A DNA stretch of 64,000 bases from the NCBI GenBank assembly GCA_051362555.1, contig CM120643.1, positions 15,874,348 to 15,938,347 of the forward strand, read 5' to 3'. Both the position numbers and the translations under genes were made by a program. The notes under the pieces are model-generated. The model did not search any database. It saw only the letters and a list, made by a program, of their open reading frames with translations, and was not told the DNA's origin. Below are positions 1-15,300 of the stretch, in pieces (position 1 is the first letter of the stretch; the number at the start of each line of letters is the position of its first letter). This DNA is from Lingula anatina (Eukaryota; Animalia; Brachiopoda).

Positions 1-1421
1 AGACAGAACCTCACTTGGCACTGCGATGTTCTTGTGCATGTACAAAAAAAAAAAAAAAAAAAAAAAAAAACGGAAATGCGACTTGCACATCTCTTTTGCC
101 TCTACCAAAAAAGTGTGCTTGAGTGAAATATTATCTGGGTGGGCAATTCTAAAAAAAATAATAATAATAAATAAATCTATCACTAGCCCACTAGAATCGA
201 TCACCTTGTTTTTTAGGAACTCACGTGATCATCTACAGGGTGCGGGCACTGGATTTTTGACAACATCATGTGCTCTTATTAAAAATATACCCTTCAACGA
301 ATTAATGCCTTAAACAAAAATTAAAAAGTGGCCCAGGGCATTACCATAACAAGTGATATCAACTTCCTTACGAACCGATTCTTCCATTAACACGCCATGA
401 AAAGTTTCGGGTTCCCTTATAACAATTAAAGAGATCGTTTTTCATTTGTATACATGTCATCTCAGATCATCTTATTAAAAAAGTAACAACCACCTAGTTC
501 ATATTGAAAGTTTTTAGATTTTTTCATTGTTAACCCTTCTCTGTATGGTATATTCATCTAAAGGCATGCTTGGTCGCCACGAGAAGCCAATATACCGTGA
601 ATGACATGCACCAGTTTGTTCTATCGACATCGTAATGTATAAAATCCACAATCTCACTTTTTATCAAAACAAAACAGATCGCTGTAATAACACCCAATAA
701 TGCGGTGAACACATTTAGAATAACCTCCTGATCTCTACCCACCTGTCTGCCTCGGTCGAAAGTCTTCGCCAACTAATGGGTGGACACAGCTGAGCGATTG
801 TGCTTGTTGAGACAGCTGATTGCGACGGTTGTTCTTTCACGTCACACTGAGAAAAGGACTGTGAGAGAGGGTTCAGAGGGGGGCAGCGCAGGGGGCCGGG
901 GCTTTTTCGTCTATATCCTAAATTTCTGTCCTTTAAAATAGCTTGGCAGTGCCAAGTGAGGGGCTCACGATGAGTGATAGGCTTTCTCAGGAATTCTGTA
1001 GCCCAAATGTAACGTTCCTGGTCATTTTTATGCTTCTTACTTTTCACCAAGGCATTCGATATTGTAATACACTGAGAAAGCTGTCTATAAACCTAGTTTT
1101 AAATTTCTTATTTTTGATCCACATTCATAATGGACATAGATACTGGCAAATTATAGTCTAGGCGGTAAAAATCGATATAAAGAAATTGAAAACAGTATTA
1201 AATAATGTAAACTGCGTAACGGTTTTGAAAGGGGAATATTTTGACGAATAAGAGTAAATTTTCGCACCTCCACTCTTTTTCTGTATAAAGGTCGGAGGCA
1301 CGTGTTACGCCTTTAAAAATATCCAAGTTCTAAGGAATTAAATCAAGTTGAATTTCTAGTCGGATAAGGTGGAACATTGTGCTTCACATTTATTTCTATC
1401 TATCTGGGGGGGGGGGGGGGG

Positions 1422-4400
1422 GGCGCTGAAGTTAGTTCCTTGTGTCTAGTTTCCTGTTTCGTTTTTCAAAAACGAGCCTGGCAACCAGAAACTATTGTCG
1501 TTTTTTTTAAACGCACCTGGCAACTAGAAACTAGTTTCGTTTTTCAAAAACGATTCTGAGCAACCAAAATCGTTTTTGGGGAAGGAAAGAAGAGTAGATG
1601 GAGGAAGGGGTGACCAGAGATTAACGTCTACCGCGACAAAGACCTGTACCGTGGAAGCCGTGCAGGGTGTTACGGTCTCTTTTCTCCGAAATAAAAATTA
1701 ATTTGATATTTCAGTAGTAGAATGGAAATTTTTGTTACGTTTATGATAAGAAAACTGTTCCTATAGTTGGCTACAAAAAATACCCAGGATTGGGATCATT
1801 TATATGCCGTTTAGGACTTATAATACAAAACAGAAGTGTCGTAAAACAAAAACGGGAAATAGACTTCATTTAGATATCGTTTATTCATTAAAATGTTTCT
1901 GTAGAATGGGAATTATTAGAGCCTTTGCATTCCGTACTTTCACAATCACTTGAGCTGTCTCAAAGCGCAATTTTTGGGAGGTAAAGAGTATTCTGAAAGG
2001 ATTCAACGGATTTTTAGACCGTCATCTTTTGTCGATTTCGCTCAAAAAGATAGTGAACAGTTAATAATTCTTAAACAAAATCTATAGATTTTTTAAAATT
2101 AGATTTATTATCTTATCTAGTCCATTCCTACAGTTTGGTCAGTTGTTTATTTACAATGTAACGGAATTACATGTATAGATTAAAAATGTTATTTCTAAGT
2201 ATTTTGTTCCTTTAAACGCTACTTTCGATATTCTACCAAAGTGTATGTAAACACGTCGTTTGGTTTGAATTTTTAAAGTGAGAAACGTGACTAAAATATG
2301 CAGAGGAGCGTTCTAATAAAAGTTGTTGTATGTTCTTATACATTTAATTTTTTTCAGGAGCAAGGGGTGATTGAGAAAGACAAGCTTGATTAGATATCAG
2401 TCCTGCATGCCCATGTTGTGTTATTTGTGCTTAGTGTCATCACTTAAAACCGAGAACCAGAGTTTTTTTTTAACAACGTTTATTCAAAAGAAAGAAATGG
2501 AGGCAAGGCGCTGGAAGCATTATATGCTCTCCACAAAATTAAATAAGTAAATAATTAAAACAAATGGATACAGAGTAAATGTAAAACTTCAAATATTATG
2601 GAGCACAAATTAAGTACAGAAAGAAAGAAGAAGAAAAGAGATAGTACCTATTAAGTGATGACAAAGTTTTCGAGAAGAAAATTTGCAACAGTTTCGAAGA
2701 TAATTTCATTTTGGGTGGGTGATAAAGATCCATGACCGTAGAGAAATAGGGACAGCTTTTCTTTTTGTGTTTTAAAAGAGGTCTTACTTTCATGTAGAAT
2801 TTCATTTACTTTTTGGTAAAGGGGAGGGTACCTTAAACTGAGTGAGGGGCATCTGAAAAAGAAGTGCAGAGGAGTTTCAAGGGCACCACAGGTGCAGTGT
2901 GGTGTGTCAATAGTAGTCCAGTTATGCCTAAACAATTCTGCTCTAAATAAACACCCGACCCTCGCTCTGTTAAGAATTTCTTCTTGATTTCTGTCCAAGT
3001 TTAGTGTTGTTGTTGAAAGCGACCCAGCAGTGAGGTGATTTTTTATCGAGTTCTTGAAAGAAGAGATTGAAGGTAAAGATTAAGTGGAGGAGGAGAGTTG
3101 ATCCCATGAAGACATTAGAGAATAGTTATCTGAGGTACGGGGGTATTTAGGAGAAAGTTTAAAGTCTCTTTTGTTATTTTCTCGGATTATGATTGGAAAA
3201 GGGTTTCTGAATGGGCGGAATATATCAGAAACATAGGAGGTGACCAAATTCGCCATAACTGAAAACATAATTTTTTGAGCGTGCATTTTTCTTCTATCAA
3301 ATAGAGAAATCCAATTTAGTTGTTCAAATATTTTGGAGGTACAAGAGCTAGGTAAGGCTCCCAGTACTATTATGCCGGCTTGGTATTGAAGAGACGATAG
3401 TTTCGATAATTTCTTCTGGAGTGAATTATGATAGAAGATGTCACAGTAATCAAATTGTGATTGGATAAAGGCATTATATATAACATTTAAATGTTTGGAC
3501 CTAACTTGCGTGTGAATTGACATCTCCCCGACGCGAGGGCATAAAGAGGGAAATATCATCCGCATAGATGAAACAATCGGTAGAGAGTCCGTCAGGGAGG
3601 TCATTTATATATATGAGAAAGAGTAACGGGCCAAGTATACTACCTTGGGGTACACTTGTATTTATGTAACCTCCCTTAGATAAATTAGACGATTTCCAGA
3701 CCAGAGTTGATTTTAAGTGAATGTGAAAAGTCACTTCAAGCTAAGATCTAATATACCATACCATACCATACCATACCATACCATATACCATAATATCCGT
3801 TTATTAGATCTTAGCTTCAAGTACACTGATTTTTGCGTAACCTTTTCAGTTTTGATTATATTTTACTCTGAATTTGGTTAAGACTGGATTATCTTATAAA
3901 CCATGTCTTTATGTCGCTCCTGATTCCCATGCTTTGCAAATGTAAATTTTCATCCACAATTACGCCAGGTATGGTACATTTCGGATTTAGTGCAAAGAAA
4001 ACAAGATTAAAATATTTTATTGGCAAAACAAACAGGAATCTTTCGAACATGAAGCATTTTTGACTACTGTTCGATTTGTTGTGCAAACATCAACACGACG
4101 ACATAGGACAAGGTGCGTTTACATGCGCGTGTGCGTTAGTGTACGAATAGCGCTTACAGCATATTTTTGTATTTTTAAAATTGTTACATCCTCTGAATTT
4201 GGACGGAAATGTTTATGATGGAATTCTATGAAGACAAAGCACTAATGTCAACTTTGATAAAAAGTTGGCAAGTACAATTTGTAAAAAAATCCATTTTGTC
4301 TATTATCACTTATTGCCAAGTCTTTCAAATGTTACGACTTGAACTAATTTAATCATAACTTTTAGTAACAAAAGGAAACTAGTTACTAGTTGCCATTTTC

Positions 4401-4865
4401 TTTTTTTTTCGAAAAAGGACACTGGTTTCTACTAGCCAGAATCGTTTTTAAGTCACTTTTTGTTAAAAATTTGTTTGGAAAAATTCAATAAAATTAAAAT
4501 TTATACTCCAAACAACAAAGGGAAAGCCCCCCCTCCCCTCCCCGAAAACACACACATGTTCTAACAATTCTAGAAACTAATCGTTTTTGAAAGACAACAC
4601 TAGTTTTAATTGCCAGAATTTTTTATTTTAATTAAATAAAAGCAAAGTTAGTCAACCATTCAACAAGGAGATACACCCAGGGACCGACCTGTGCGCTGTA
4701 GAGATCTTGTCCTCCCCGCACGGCGAAAAGAGACCATGACACCCTCCTGCCCACCCTGCCCGGCCTCCACGGTAAGGGTTACCTTGGTCGCGATAGACGC
4801 TTATCTTGGTCTCCCCTGCCTCTATTCACTCTTGTTCCCTTCCGCCTTCTGGTTTCTCAGAATCG

Positions 4866-4896
<31 letters not shown>

Positions 4897-5045
4897 CTAG
4901 TTTCTGGTTACCAGGTTCGTTTCTGAAAAACGACACCAGTTTCTGCTTGCCAGAATTGTTTCTGAAGTATGTAACTAGTTTCTGGTTGCCAGGTTCGTTT
5001 TTGAAAAACGAAACTGGAAACTAGACACTATACTAACTCAGCGCC
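1422..5045. mobile_element. Non-autonomous DNA transposon with long imperfect terminal inverted repeats (MULE/foldback-like), containing a LINE fragment
   Basis: Left end GGCGCTGAAGTTAG..GTGTCTAGTTTCCTGTTTCGTTTTTCAAAAACGAGCCTGGCAACCAGAAACTA matches the reverse complement of the right end (..GGTTGCCAGGTTCGTTTTTGAAAAACGAAACTGGAAACTAGACAC..CTAACTCAGCGCC). Similarity continues inward for about 270-320 bp (1580-1690 vs 4720-4845). TCTATCT(A) occurs on both flanks as a possible TSD. No transposase seen. Confidence 0.7.
2462..3700 (-). mobile_element. 5'-truncated, internally deleted non-LTR retrotransposon (CR1/L2-like RT fragment)
   Basis: RT motifs SVPQGSILGPLLFLIYINDLP..IYADD (3501-3734 ORF), thumb-like IYNAFIQSQFDYCDIFY (3080-3604) and C-terminal CTCGALETPLHFFFRCP (2651-2998). 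One frameshift/deletion and an in-frame stop. AATAAA and an A-tail on the minus strand at about 2462-2484. Confidence 0.85.
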
Positions 5046-5095
5046 TTCTATCTAGGCATATAAGAAAAAGGGCAATTATTGGTTGTACAGTTTTA

Positions 5096-5306
5096 GACCC
5101 CATTCCCAGAGATTAGATCGATCTACTTTAGATCGACCTAACTCGGGGTTCACGCTAAATAGCTGTCAGCCGGGCGGACACGAAAGTTAATTACCCCCTT
5201 ACAGCTTGTAGTAGGCGGGACGGACATTTAAGCCGGTTTATCTGACAGTAATCTAGTGAGACTCCCCGCGGGGCTAGATCGATCTAAAAGCTCTGGGAAT
5301 ACAGCC
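5096..5306 (+). mobile_element. MITE family A (PIF/Harbinger/Tourist-like), copy 1
   Basis: Ends GACCCCATTCCCAGAG..TAGATCGATC / GATCGATCTA..CTCTGGGAATACAGCC with TTA/TAA flanks. Close copy at 27088-27301. Confidence 0.8.
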
Positions 5307-6341
5307 TAACACTCAGCATTCGATACACTGACTGACACTGAAAATCGGCATGCACACAGATCATAACAAGTCCCTGTAAACTGGTTACTGGTCTTTTTTT
5401 TTACACTGTTTTTTACAATGTTTTAAAAATGATCATACTGAATTTTTAGACTATTCAATATTGCCACTCCACGACCTCAGGTCACTTCCTGGTCTCCCGT
5501 GACTTAAGTATTAACAATAGGTGATTGTGTGTGATTACCACGTTTATTATCCACTATTTGGTTGCTCTTATTATTTGATAACGTATAACATATAACTACA
5601 TATATCTTGATCGTGTTAGGCCGTTTGCAGCATAGAATAAAAAAACTAATTGGCTGGAATTCATGAAAATAATTCTTGATAATAATCCATGTCTCGAGGA
5701 TACTAACAGGTTATTCGTTTTGGTGGAGAAATCCAATTTTAAACGTCACACAGTCACTACAACAGAGATAAAATGCAGTGAAGGTATGAAAACGCTCTTT
5801 AATGACCCATTCTTAAGACGGTCACCTTGTAGTCTTGTATTGTTTTTATTCAATGCCAGTAGCTCATTGACGAGCCCTCACATATAGAAATAACTGACTT
5901 GGATAAAAATCCGTCTATGAAATCGCAGTGCTGGCATTCATGAACCAATTTTACTGGAGGTATAACCTTTTATTTCGCAATGGAAACAAACCATGATGCT
6001 CCTAAATCAAGCAACACTTTAAAGTTTTCTAAACTTAGTATCAGGGCTCATAACTGAAATGTCAGTGTACTGAACGGTTTCTCTTATTTTTGATGAAAAT
6101 GTTATTGGAGTTGGGAATCTATATTAAGAAAACTCACCACACAATGGGCTTAAACCATGAGAATGATTTTACTGATTATAATAATAATTTATTCATCTAA
6201 TATTTAAATAAAATATACACCAGACATTTTTTAATTTAGTGACACATAAAATCAACAAATGACGTAATATCCTTAATCTCCATATGGACTGATACACTGA
6301 AAAAAAAACCAATTAAAATAAGTTTTTTATTTGTTAATAGG

Positions 6342-8685
6342 CTACGATGTAGCTTGCAGTGTTATATGTGTAATCTCCATACTTGTGAAAACTCTCATAG
6401 GTATCCCCCAGTAAAAGGTCCCTGGGGACACATAAACATGGGCGTGGTCACTGACACGGTAAAGGCCCACATAATACGGGTTCACTAAATATGCTGCTAT
6501 TATCATAGGGAATAATTGACCCCCATGTGTGTGACCTGGAAAAAATAAAAGAGATATCATTAATTTCTTTTACGAACAAAAAAAGTTGAGTAATTAAAAC
6601 CTGTATCAGTTCATCTGAAATTGCAAATTCAAAACATTTGTACTTCACTGAGTAGTAGAAATTAGTAGTGCATCAAAACTAGAGATCATGAATGGAGACT
6701 TGGATACAAGTTTTTACTAAGGGTACATGAATTTCAGTCAGAACCAACAGGATTTATAAATTATTACAAACATTTTTGATAACAATTTTGATTATAGGGC
6801 TGTCTTGTAGCAATGAGGTTAAGCTGACAAGGAGCATAAAATAATCCTAAATTTAAACCATGGAAAAATTTAAACATATTTACAAAAAAAAAAAAAAAAA
6901 AAAGCATGACTTCTACAAAACTAATCCAATGAAGCTAATTGTAGAAGTCGAGCTCTATATTAGTCCTATGAATTATACCTGCAAGTTTCAAAATAATATG
7001 TGATACGGTTTTTTTCTTTTAAGCCAATCAGTTTAATAGACTTAAAGCCAACCAATGAGTCTGAATTATGGTCATATGACAAACTCAGGTCCCAAATTGT
7101 AAACAAAATAGCACAGCAGGCTCCAGTGCAGGTTTAGAGGGGGATGCGGAATTTGTAACTACACATCTATCTTAACATGCATGTACATTGTACAGGAAAG
7201 TTGTAAAAAGGAATTAAGTAAATACAAAATACACATAGGAGTGGAACACAGCCTGAGACCTAGACTGCGCTTTTTATTTCACCTGAGACAACCAAGCTTC
7301 ATTATTATCTCCTGGGAAAAACGAAATTTCATTTTATCTCACCTGAGAGAACCAGATTTACATTGTATTTGCTTTGTAGGGCACGCTTCGCACATGATGG
7401 TTTGTGAGCCAGCAATATGATTGGTTGATCTGGATCACATGACCCTAAAGCTTTGTCCAGGTGTTCACCATGGCCATCATATCTGAAAAATAACTTACAA
7501 TGATATATAAAACAAAAGATGGATATTCAATTTTATCATTTAATAAAAAAATGGTGTAGTTGACTGGCTGTTTCAATCTAAAGATATGACATCATGGGAT
7601 ATGGCACACTGCAGATCAATATTTACGACTCATGGGATATGGCTCACCAAAGGTCACTTTACCTGTATCGCATAAATATAAATGAGATAACCAGTAATAT
7701 TATTGATTCTAATAACCCATTTATAATCATTTAAAAAAAGGCAGAAAAGCTGACATATGGACATACATTGTACTGATAAATGCATGATAAAAGTGATGGA
7801 CACATTGCCACAAAGGCCATCTAAAAATGCTAAAGAAGGAATTTAACAATGACAGTGCACCCAATGGTTTGTGTTAATGCTGGTGCAATGTTAGGGAAAG
7901 CAGTGTGATCACCAGCATGATTACCAATAAATAAAGTATAAATTTGTACTTCTGTCATTCTGGATATTCAGAAAAAGTAACTATCACAGGGCTACAGCCC
8001 TGATCAAAGTCACTCCTTGAAAATACCAATATGAATAAAAAAAAAAAAAAAATGCATAACTTTAAGAAAAATACTCCAATATAGCTTCCACAGAATCATG
8101 ACCTGTATTTTGGTGCTATGAAGGACTCAGGAAAGTTCAAGGGTAATATGTCAGATGGTTATCCATTTATTACATTAATAGTGAAAAGTGCACAGCAACA
8201 AGACAATGGCGTTGCCACCGATGACAATGACAGACACAGGTGAAGGTTATATGTCCAGACACATAGTGTTTGTCCATAAAACAGCCACTTTTCGAGTCCA
8301 GTTCCATCATTTACCCAAAGGAATCTGCAGTGTTATCATCAACACCTGCCAGACAAATTGTGTCTTCTGGTTGCTTATGGTTTTGAAGAATTGCTTTTTC
8401 ATTGTGGAGAACTTGCACATTTAGAGACCGTAACTTGTCAAACCAGGCATCCACATCTCCAGTGTAATACTCATGATTGCCTGGAATGGAACAGGAGAAA
8501 TTAAATAATTATGTCTAAAGAATTCAATTTTATCAAGGTTTTTGGTGAATCAGCACAGTAATTTTAATATGTAAGAGCCTCTTTTTTTTTGCAAAAGACT
8601 GATAAAGCAAAGTGGCTAGCACGAGTTATATGCTTGTTTTAAGCACTTGTACGTATGGTTTCTCTGTCACTGAAATTTTGATTAT

Positions 8686-8734
<49 letters not shown>

Positions 8735-10885
8735 GCCACCCTTGTTATGTATCTTTGAGCGCATTCTCAACGAATTAAGCCAGGCTTTACAAAGCCGGTG
8801 ACCTAAAAATGGCGGACGTACATGAAAGAAAAACCGCCTAATCTTTTAATAGTCTCTCCGTCTCTCACACGCCTCCCTGCGGGGTACAGTAATTAAATCT
8901 CGGCTCCGAACATTAATATTTCCGTGAATATCTCTGGTGATATTATCTCCGTAGATAGTCGAATCATTGCTGCTCTATGGGCCAAATTATTCCTTTTTCG
9001 TCTCTGTTTTCAAAGATAATAGAAGAGAAGAGCTTTTTTCCTTCGATCGCCTTCAGCCGCCATGCTTTCTTCACCACGAGTTTAACTGATGAGCATGCGC
9101 ACTTAATATTTCTCAGGTAGCTTCCGCATGGCGAACGGAGCCGAGATTTAATTACTGTACCCCGCAGGGACAACGTGTGGGGAGGCGGAGAGACTATTAA
9201 AAGATTAGGCGGTTTTTCTTTCATGTACGTCCGCCATTTTTAGGTCACCGGCTTTGTAAAGCCTGGCTTAATTCGTTGAGAATGCGCTCTTTAATAAATA
9301 GTACAAATTGTTATTTAAGCAGAACTTTTTTTTTCAGACATTCAAGGAAGACATCCCTGGACTCTCCACTTTATATGTTCCTATATATTTTTTTGTGTAA
9401 ACTAAACGATGATATAAAATTACCTTTGTGTAATGTTGAGTTTTACTAACAATTTATTTTTGACTTACATTTGTTATATGTTAACTTACATCATCAAAAA
9501 GACAAGCAATGATGACATGGTGTCAACAACAGTTGTTGGCATTTTATTATACATAAGTGTACAATCCAGGGAATTGATATATATTAAAGTTTAAACTATC
9601 GTACAAAGCTCCTTCTTTGATCGACTGAACCACCACTTTTGACCCTCACAATACACATGCACATCTGAAAAGTCACGTGCAACGGACAGTGCAAGGACAT
9701 ATGGCGTGGAAAGATAAAGACTGAATTTGATTCTAAACAGTCACTTAATTCCATAAAAGTTTGCCTTACTCAATTACCATACCTGTAATAAAATAAACAC
9801 CATATGGGGCCTGTAATTGTTTCAATGGCTCTGCTGCTTCTCCAAGCTTCTTAACGACTGAATCCACCAAGTCTCCAGTGATTACAATGACATCTAAAAA
9901 GAGATATCAGATCTAAGAAAAACTGTGTATTAGTACATCAATGTGTCAAATATAAAAGATAAAAAATACAGAAATAAAGGTTGACCCAATATTTGTGCTT
10001 GTGTCAGATTTCATTTGTGCTTTAAGAAGATTCAATACAATGTAAAAAGGCCTACATTTGGAAAAAAAATCTTTTTCTCCCATTTGTTTTAAATAAAATA
10101 TGTATCTAAATTTTAGTGTGATAAAGATAAAGCCTTAGAGTTAAAAAAAAAAAAAAAAAAAAAAAAAACTCCCTGTAAGCTGGTGTATTACCAGGTTTAG
10201 TTGCCATTGCTCTGTCCACTACGTCCTGCAGGCGGCTCCTGCCCACTGTGGGCCCAAGGTGAATATCTGACAACTGTATTATAGTAAGTCCATCAAAACT
10301 CCTGGGGAGCTTGGCCATTGGGATGGTCACCTTTTTAAGGGGCGGTGGAGATAAGCCAACTGTCAAACCACGCGCTGATAACATCAGAGCTATCAATATA
10401 GCCACAACGGTTCTTGTTTGTTGAGCTTTAAGGGATGTCTGATTCTGCTGATACTGGCGACCTCTCCTTAGCACTCTTAGTCCGATCTCGATTAAATCAC
10501 ACACGAGAAGACAGCATACAAGTTGGATAAGTGTACCTAAACATATATAGCAAACCATGGCGATCCACTGAGGATCAGTGGTGATGAAAAATAGGTTTGT
10601 GGCGTAAGTCACCTGTGCACACAGGAGGAAACATATAACAACGCTCTTCCATAGCGTCCACAGCAACCGACTGGGACAGGCAAGCACGGTGTGATTTTCG
10701 GCAAGTAAACGTCTGTAAAGGTACCAGCAGGCCAGGGAAATTAATCCAGACATAAATGTCGTTATTTGAGCTCTCAAAATCTTCGCTCTGAGTTCTTTTC
10801 GCAGCGAAGTGACGTAAAATTGCAGTAATATCAAGGATAATACTAAGCACACCGAAGCGACTGCTATTTTCCTGGACGCCGCCAT
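6342..10885 (-). CDS. TMPPE: Transmembrane protein with metallophosphoesterase domain (TMPPE-like), 5 coding exons
   Basis: Exons 10885-10192, 9893-9783, 8480-8315, 7482-7343, 6535-6342, all GT-AG with consistent phases. N-terminal hydrophobic helices, then calcineurin-like motifs LSDIHLG, TGDLVD, GNHEYY, LLAHKP, SGHTHGGQ. Confidence 0.92.
8757..9289. mobile_element. MITE with about 150-bp near-perfect terminal inverted repeats in TMPPE intron 2
   Basis: GAGCGCATTCTCAACGAATTAAGCCAGGCTTTACAAAGCCGGTGACC... (8757-8908) is the reverse complement of 9136-9289. TTT on both flanks. Confidence 0.85.
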
Positions 10886-11846
10886 GTTTGTTCATAGTTC
10901 ATAGGTCATAGGTCAGCACAGGATAACAGTCACGTGCAACGGACAGTGCAAGGACATATATGGAAAGATAAAGACTGTTTAAAAAAAGGTGGGAGGGGGG
11001 ATCAATCAATATCCTTCATGTGGGTTAAATATATTTCACGAGAGAATTTATTTCCATTTTGATTATTTTCCTCCGAGTTAGATGATGTGATCTGCACCGC
11101 AAGGGAATATAGCAGGAAAGATGTTGAAATGATCACCAAATATCAAATAAATAGCTTTTTCATAGGGGAGTCAGTGGGTGGTTAAGTACACATTTTTAAT
11201 TTTCTCATGAACATTTTCACCTGCAAACTAACAAAAAATGCAAATGTATCCTCCATTATGCATACTACAAGATAAAAGTCATATACTCAAATAAATTAAG
11301 ATATATGAAGTTTTTTGGGGGGTGTCAAAATTTCATGGGGAGTCGGATTTTCATTACAGGCCCGTAGCCACCAATCTGAAAGGGTGGGGGTGGGTGGGGG
11401 GGGGGTCCGAAAAGATGGACCTTTTTTACCGCAAAAAGTTCAATGTATATGCTTCATTTTAACATTGTTATATAAAAGAAATATAAAACAATGTTCGATA
11501 GACTTCCAAGTATGTTTAATAAAATAAAATTTGTCTAAAACTACAACCCTTGACTAGGAGAACTACATGTACACCTACAAATTACCAAAGAATGTTATAA
11601 AAATTAATTGCCACAAGCAGTGAAATTTAATTTTGCCATAGTAAAGCACGCTAGCTGCATGGATGCATCACAGAGTGAATGGACGCATATGCTGCGCCTC
11701 GATATAATACTAATAGCACTCTTGTAGCCTACGTGGCATACAGTGGACAACTTTTGTTGCAACTACACATCAACTAAAAACTCTTTATACACCAGACGAG
11801 TCTATTCCAGCCTATGACATCACCGGCAGTCATGTGACAGGAGTGA

Positions 11847-13167
<1,321 letters not shown>

Positions 13168-15300
13168 GATGCCCAGTATACGCCGGGAGTAGCTTACATT
13201 TCCCAGAACTTACTTAAAGCTGCCTGACCTTATTGATTATCGCTTAATCTGATTGAAACTTATTTGGATTTGCCAAACTTTATAAGTATGTTTGTTTTAA
13301 TGAACTTTTCTAAGAATTTTTTGCCCTTTTTTAACTTGGTGAAATTTGTGACATAAATCGGTTTCATGATTACAGGCAAGGGAATAAGAATGTTAGAAGA
13401 GACCTCTTTAATAACAAATTCTGCTCATAGAGCAACTTTGAAGGAAAATCAATGCCATTTTTTACAAAAATACGAGCAGGGGCGGTATAAGTGGAAATCT
13501 TAAGATGCAGTCACAATATATGATATATCGTGCATTTACGCTTTATTTTTCAGTCATATGCGTTTTCAAATGTTTGTTTGCCAAAAATATAAATACCTAA
13601 CGTGTACATGTATGATAACCTGCCGCAGGAAACTGCCAAAGGAAGGAAACGCCGTTCTCCTTCATGACGCTTCTCGTCTTGTAGTTTTCACAGATTAACA
13701 TTGTAGTATTACACCTTGAAACATCGTTTGCGCATGTATAGATACTTAAAAATTGGCATATGTGTCATTTCTCCGCCCTGACTTTCATCCCATCGTTGCC
13801 ACAAAAATGTATTTCCAGACGAACTGTTTTCAATTCTGTACATTTTTCGGTTCATGTTTTCATTTTTCCCAACTAGTTTCATTTCGCTTTATACCCTGTT
13901 ATTTGTAAATCCTGAATAAAACGTGTTGATTGCGTATAAACTTTGAGTAAAATAGATAATTGATGGTGACAATGTAATGATCACAATTAGCTCTTGCCGA
14001 CTTGAATAAAAACCCTCACCACAACTTGTACAAAACGACGACGATGTGAAAAGAATATGTGCTCTATAATGCCTGTCCCATTTCCTAGAATTGAGTGTCT
14101 TACGAACATACATCTCGAAAATGCGGATTAAAAATATGGCTGGATTTTATTCTGGTCTGCGACATAGTGTAAGGTTCGATTTTGTATTCACCGATCGAGA
14201 AAAAGTGAGCAACAAGGGTCGTGGATTTCCAAACAGCTTTATTCCCACCTTAGGGGGCGCCATTGCATCCCCCACAGTTTATATCTTTTATGTGTGTGTT
14301 TGTTTGTTTGTTTACCCATTGATCGAATCACTGATCAAGGTAAAGAAAACGCCTTTTTAAGTTTCCCAGATTTTTACTGTGTAAGGAAAGGAGGTCAGTT
14401 GATAGTAGAAAATGCCGTTTATCCCAGGAAAACTTGTTAAGTATGAGTTATTGATGGGAAAATCTTATTCTGTACATCTTTAAATATATAATTTACCACG
14501 CCATAACACAAGCGCAAGATATTGTATACCTGATATGCCAAACATTTTTATTCAAACCATCATTGCTTTAGTCTGCACCATTGATTTTAAGTTGAACAAG
14601 GTCTGTCGATGATATAAACAGGACGGAATTTTTTTTAAAATGTCATTCTCAATTAAATTCGATCATTTGTAATATCTATATGTAATATGGGACGATACAG
14701 TACGACACTGTTAAATTCTGCTTTCTTAAGTCCCTATATAACAACAGAAAGATGGAAATGTGTTAGACGTAGGAAGCCGTCGGCCGCTGTAAATTAAAAG
14801 TCATTCTAAATGCATTTCAGTGTTGCGAAAGCGTTTAGGTGCGCGCGCATTGCATTTTTGCTGCTCTTCATCTACTAATCAGTATGATTTGTTATTTTAT
14901 ATAATTGTAGAATTAAATACTGGCTTTGACAAATGCTAAAAACAACTGGCGTTTGTCCTGTCTCGACATGGTGTCCGTCAAAGAATTGATGGAAAATAGC
15001 CAAAGCCCTACATGTAGGCCGTTGCATTGGCCGCTGTGAATTGTCGCCCATATATTTTTTATCAATTTATTTCACAAAGTAATATATTCTAGGGATTTTA
15101 ATACACGCCTATTTGCACTTTCGTTCTTAATTTACTGATCCGAATGGAAGATCCTTCTGTAGAGGGAGGGGGGGTGGGTGGAGGTTGTGACACGCGGAAT
15201 GAAACGAAAACGTTTCTTTGTTTCCCTCTAGCCCTAGCACACATGCGCAGACCTTTGGTGATTGTGCTCATTTGTCGCACCTGTCACAACAAGAAACAAC

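Noticed and set aside
554-1161. Short ORFs, including a hydrophobic 72-aa one
   Set aside because: No recognisable motif or coherent exon chain.
7280-7315. Possible 29-nt micro-exon or echo of the TMPPE exon 4 donor
   Set aside because: It would break the reading frame, and the similarity is short.
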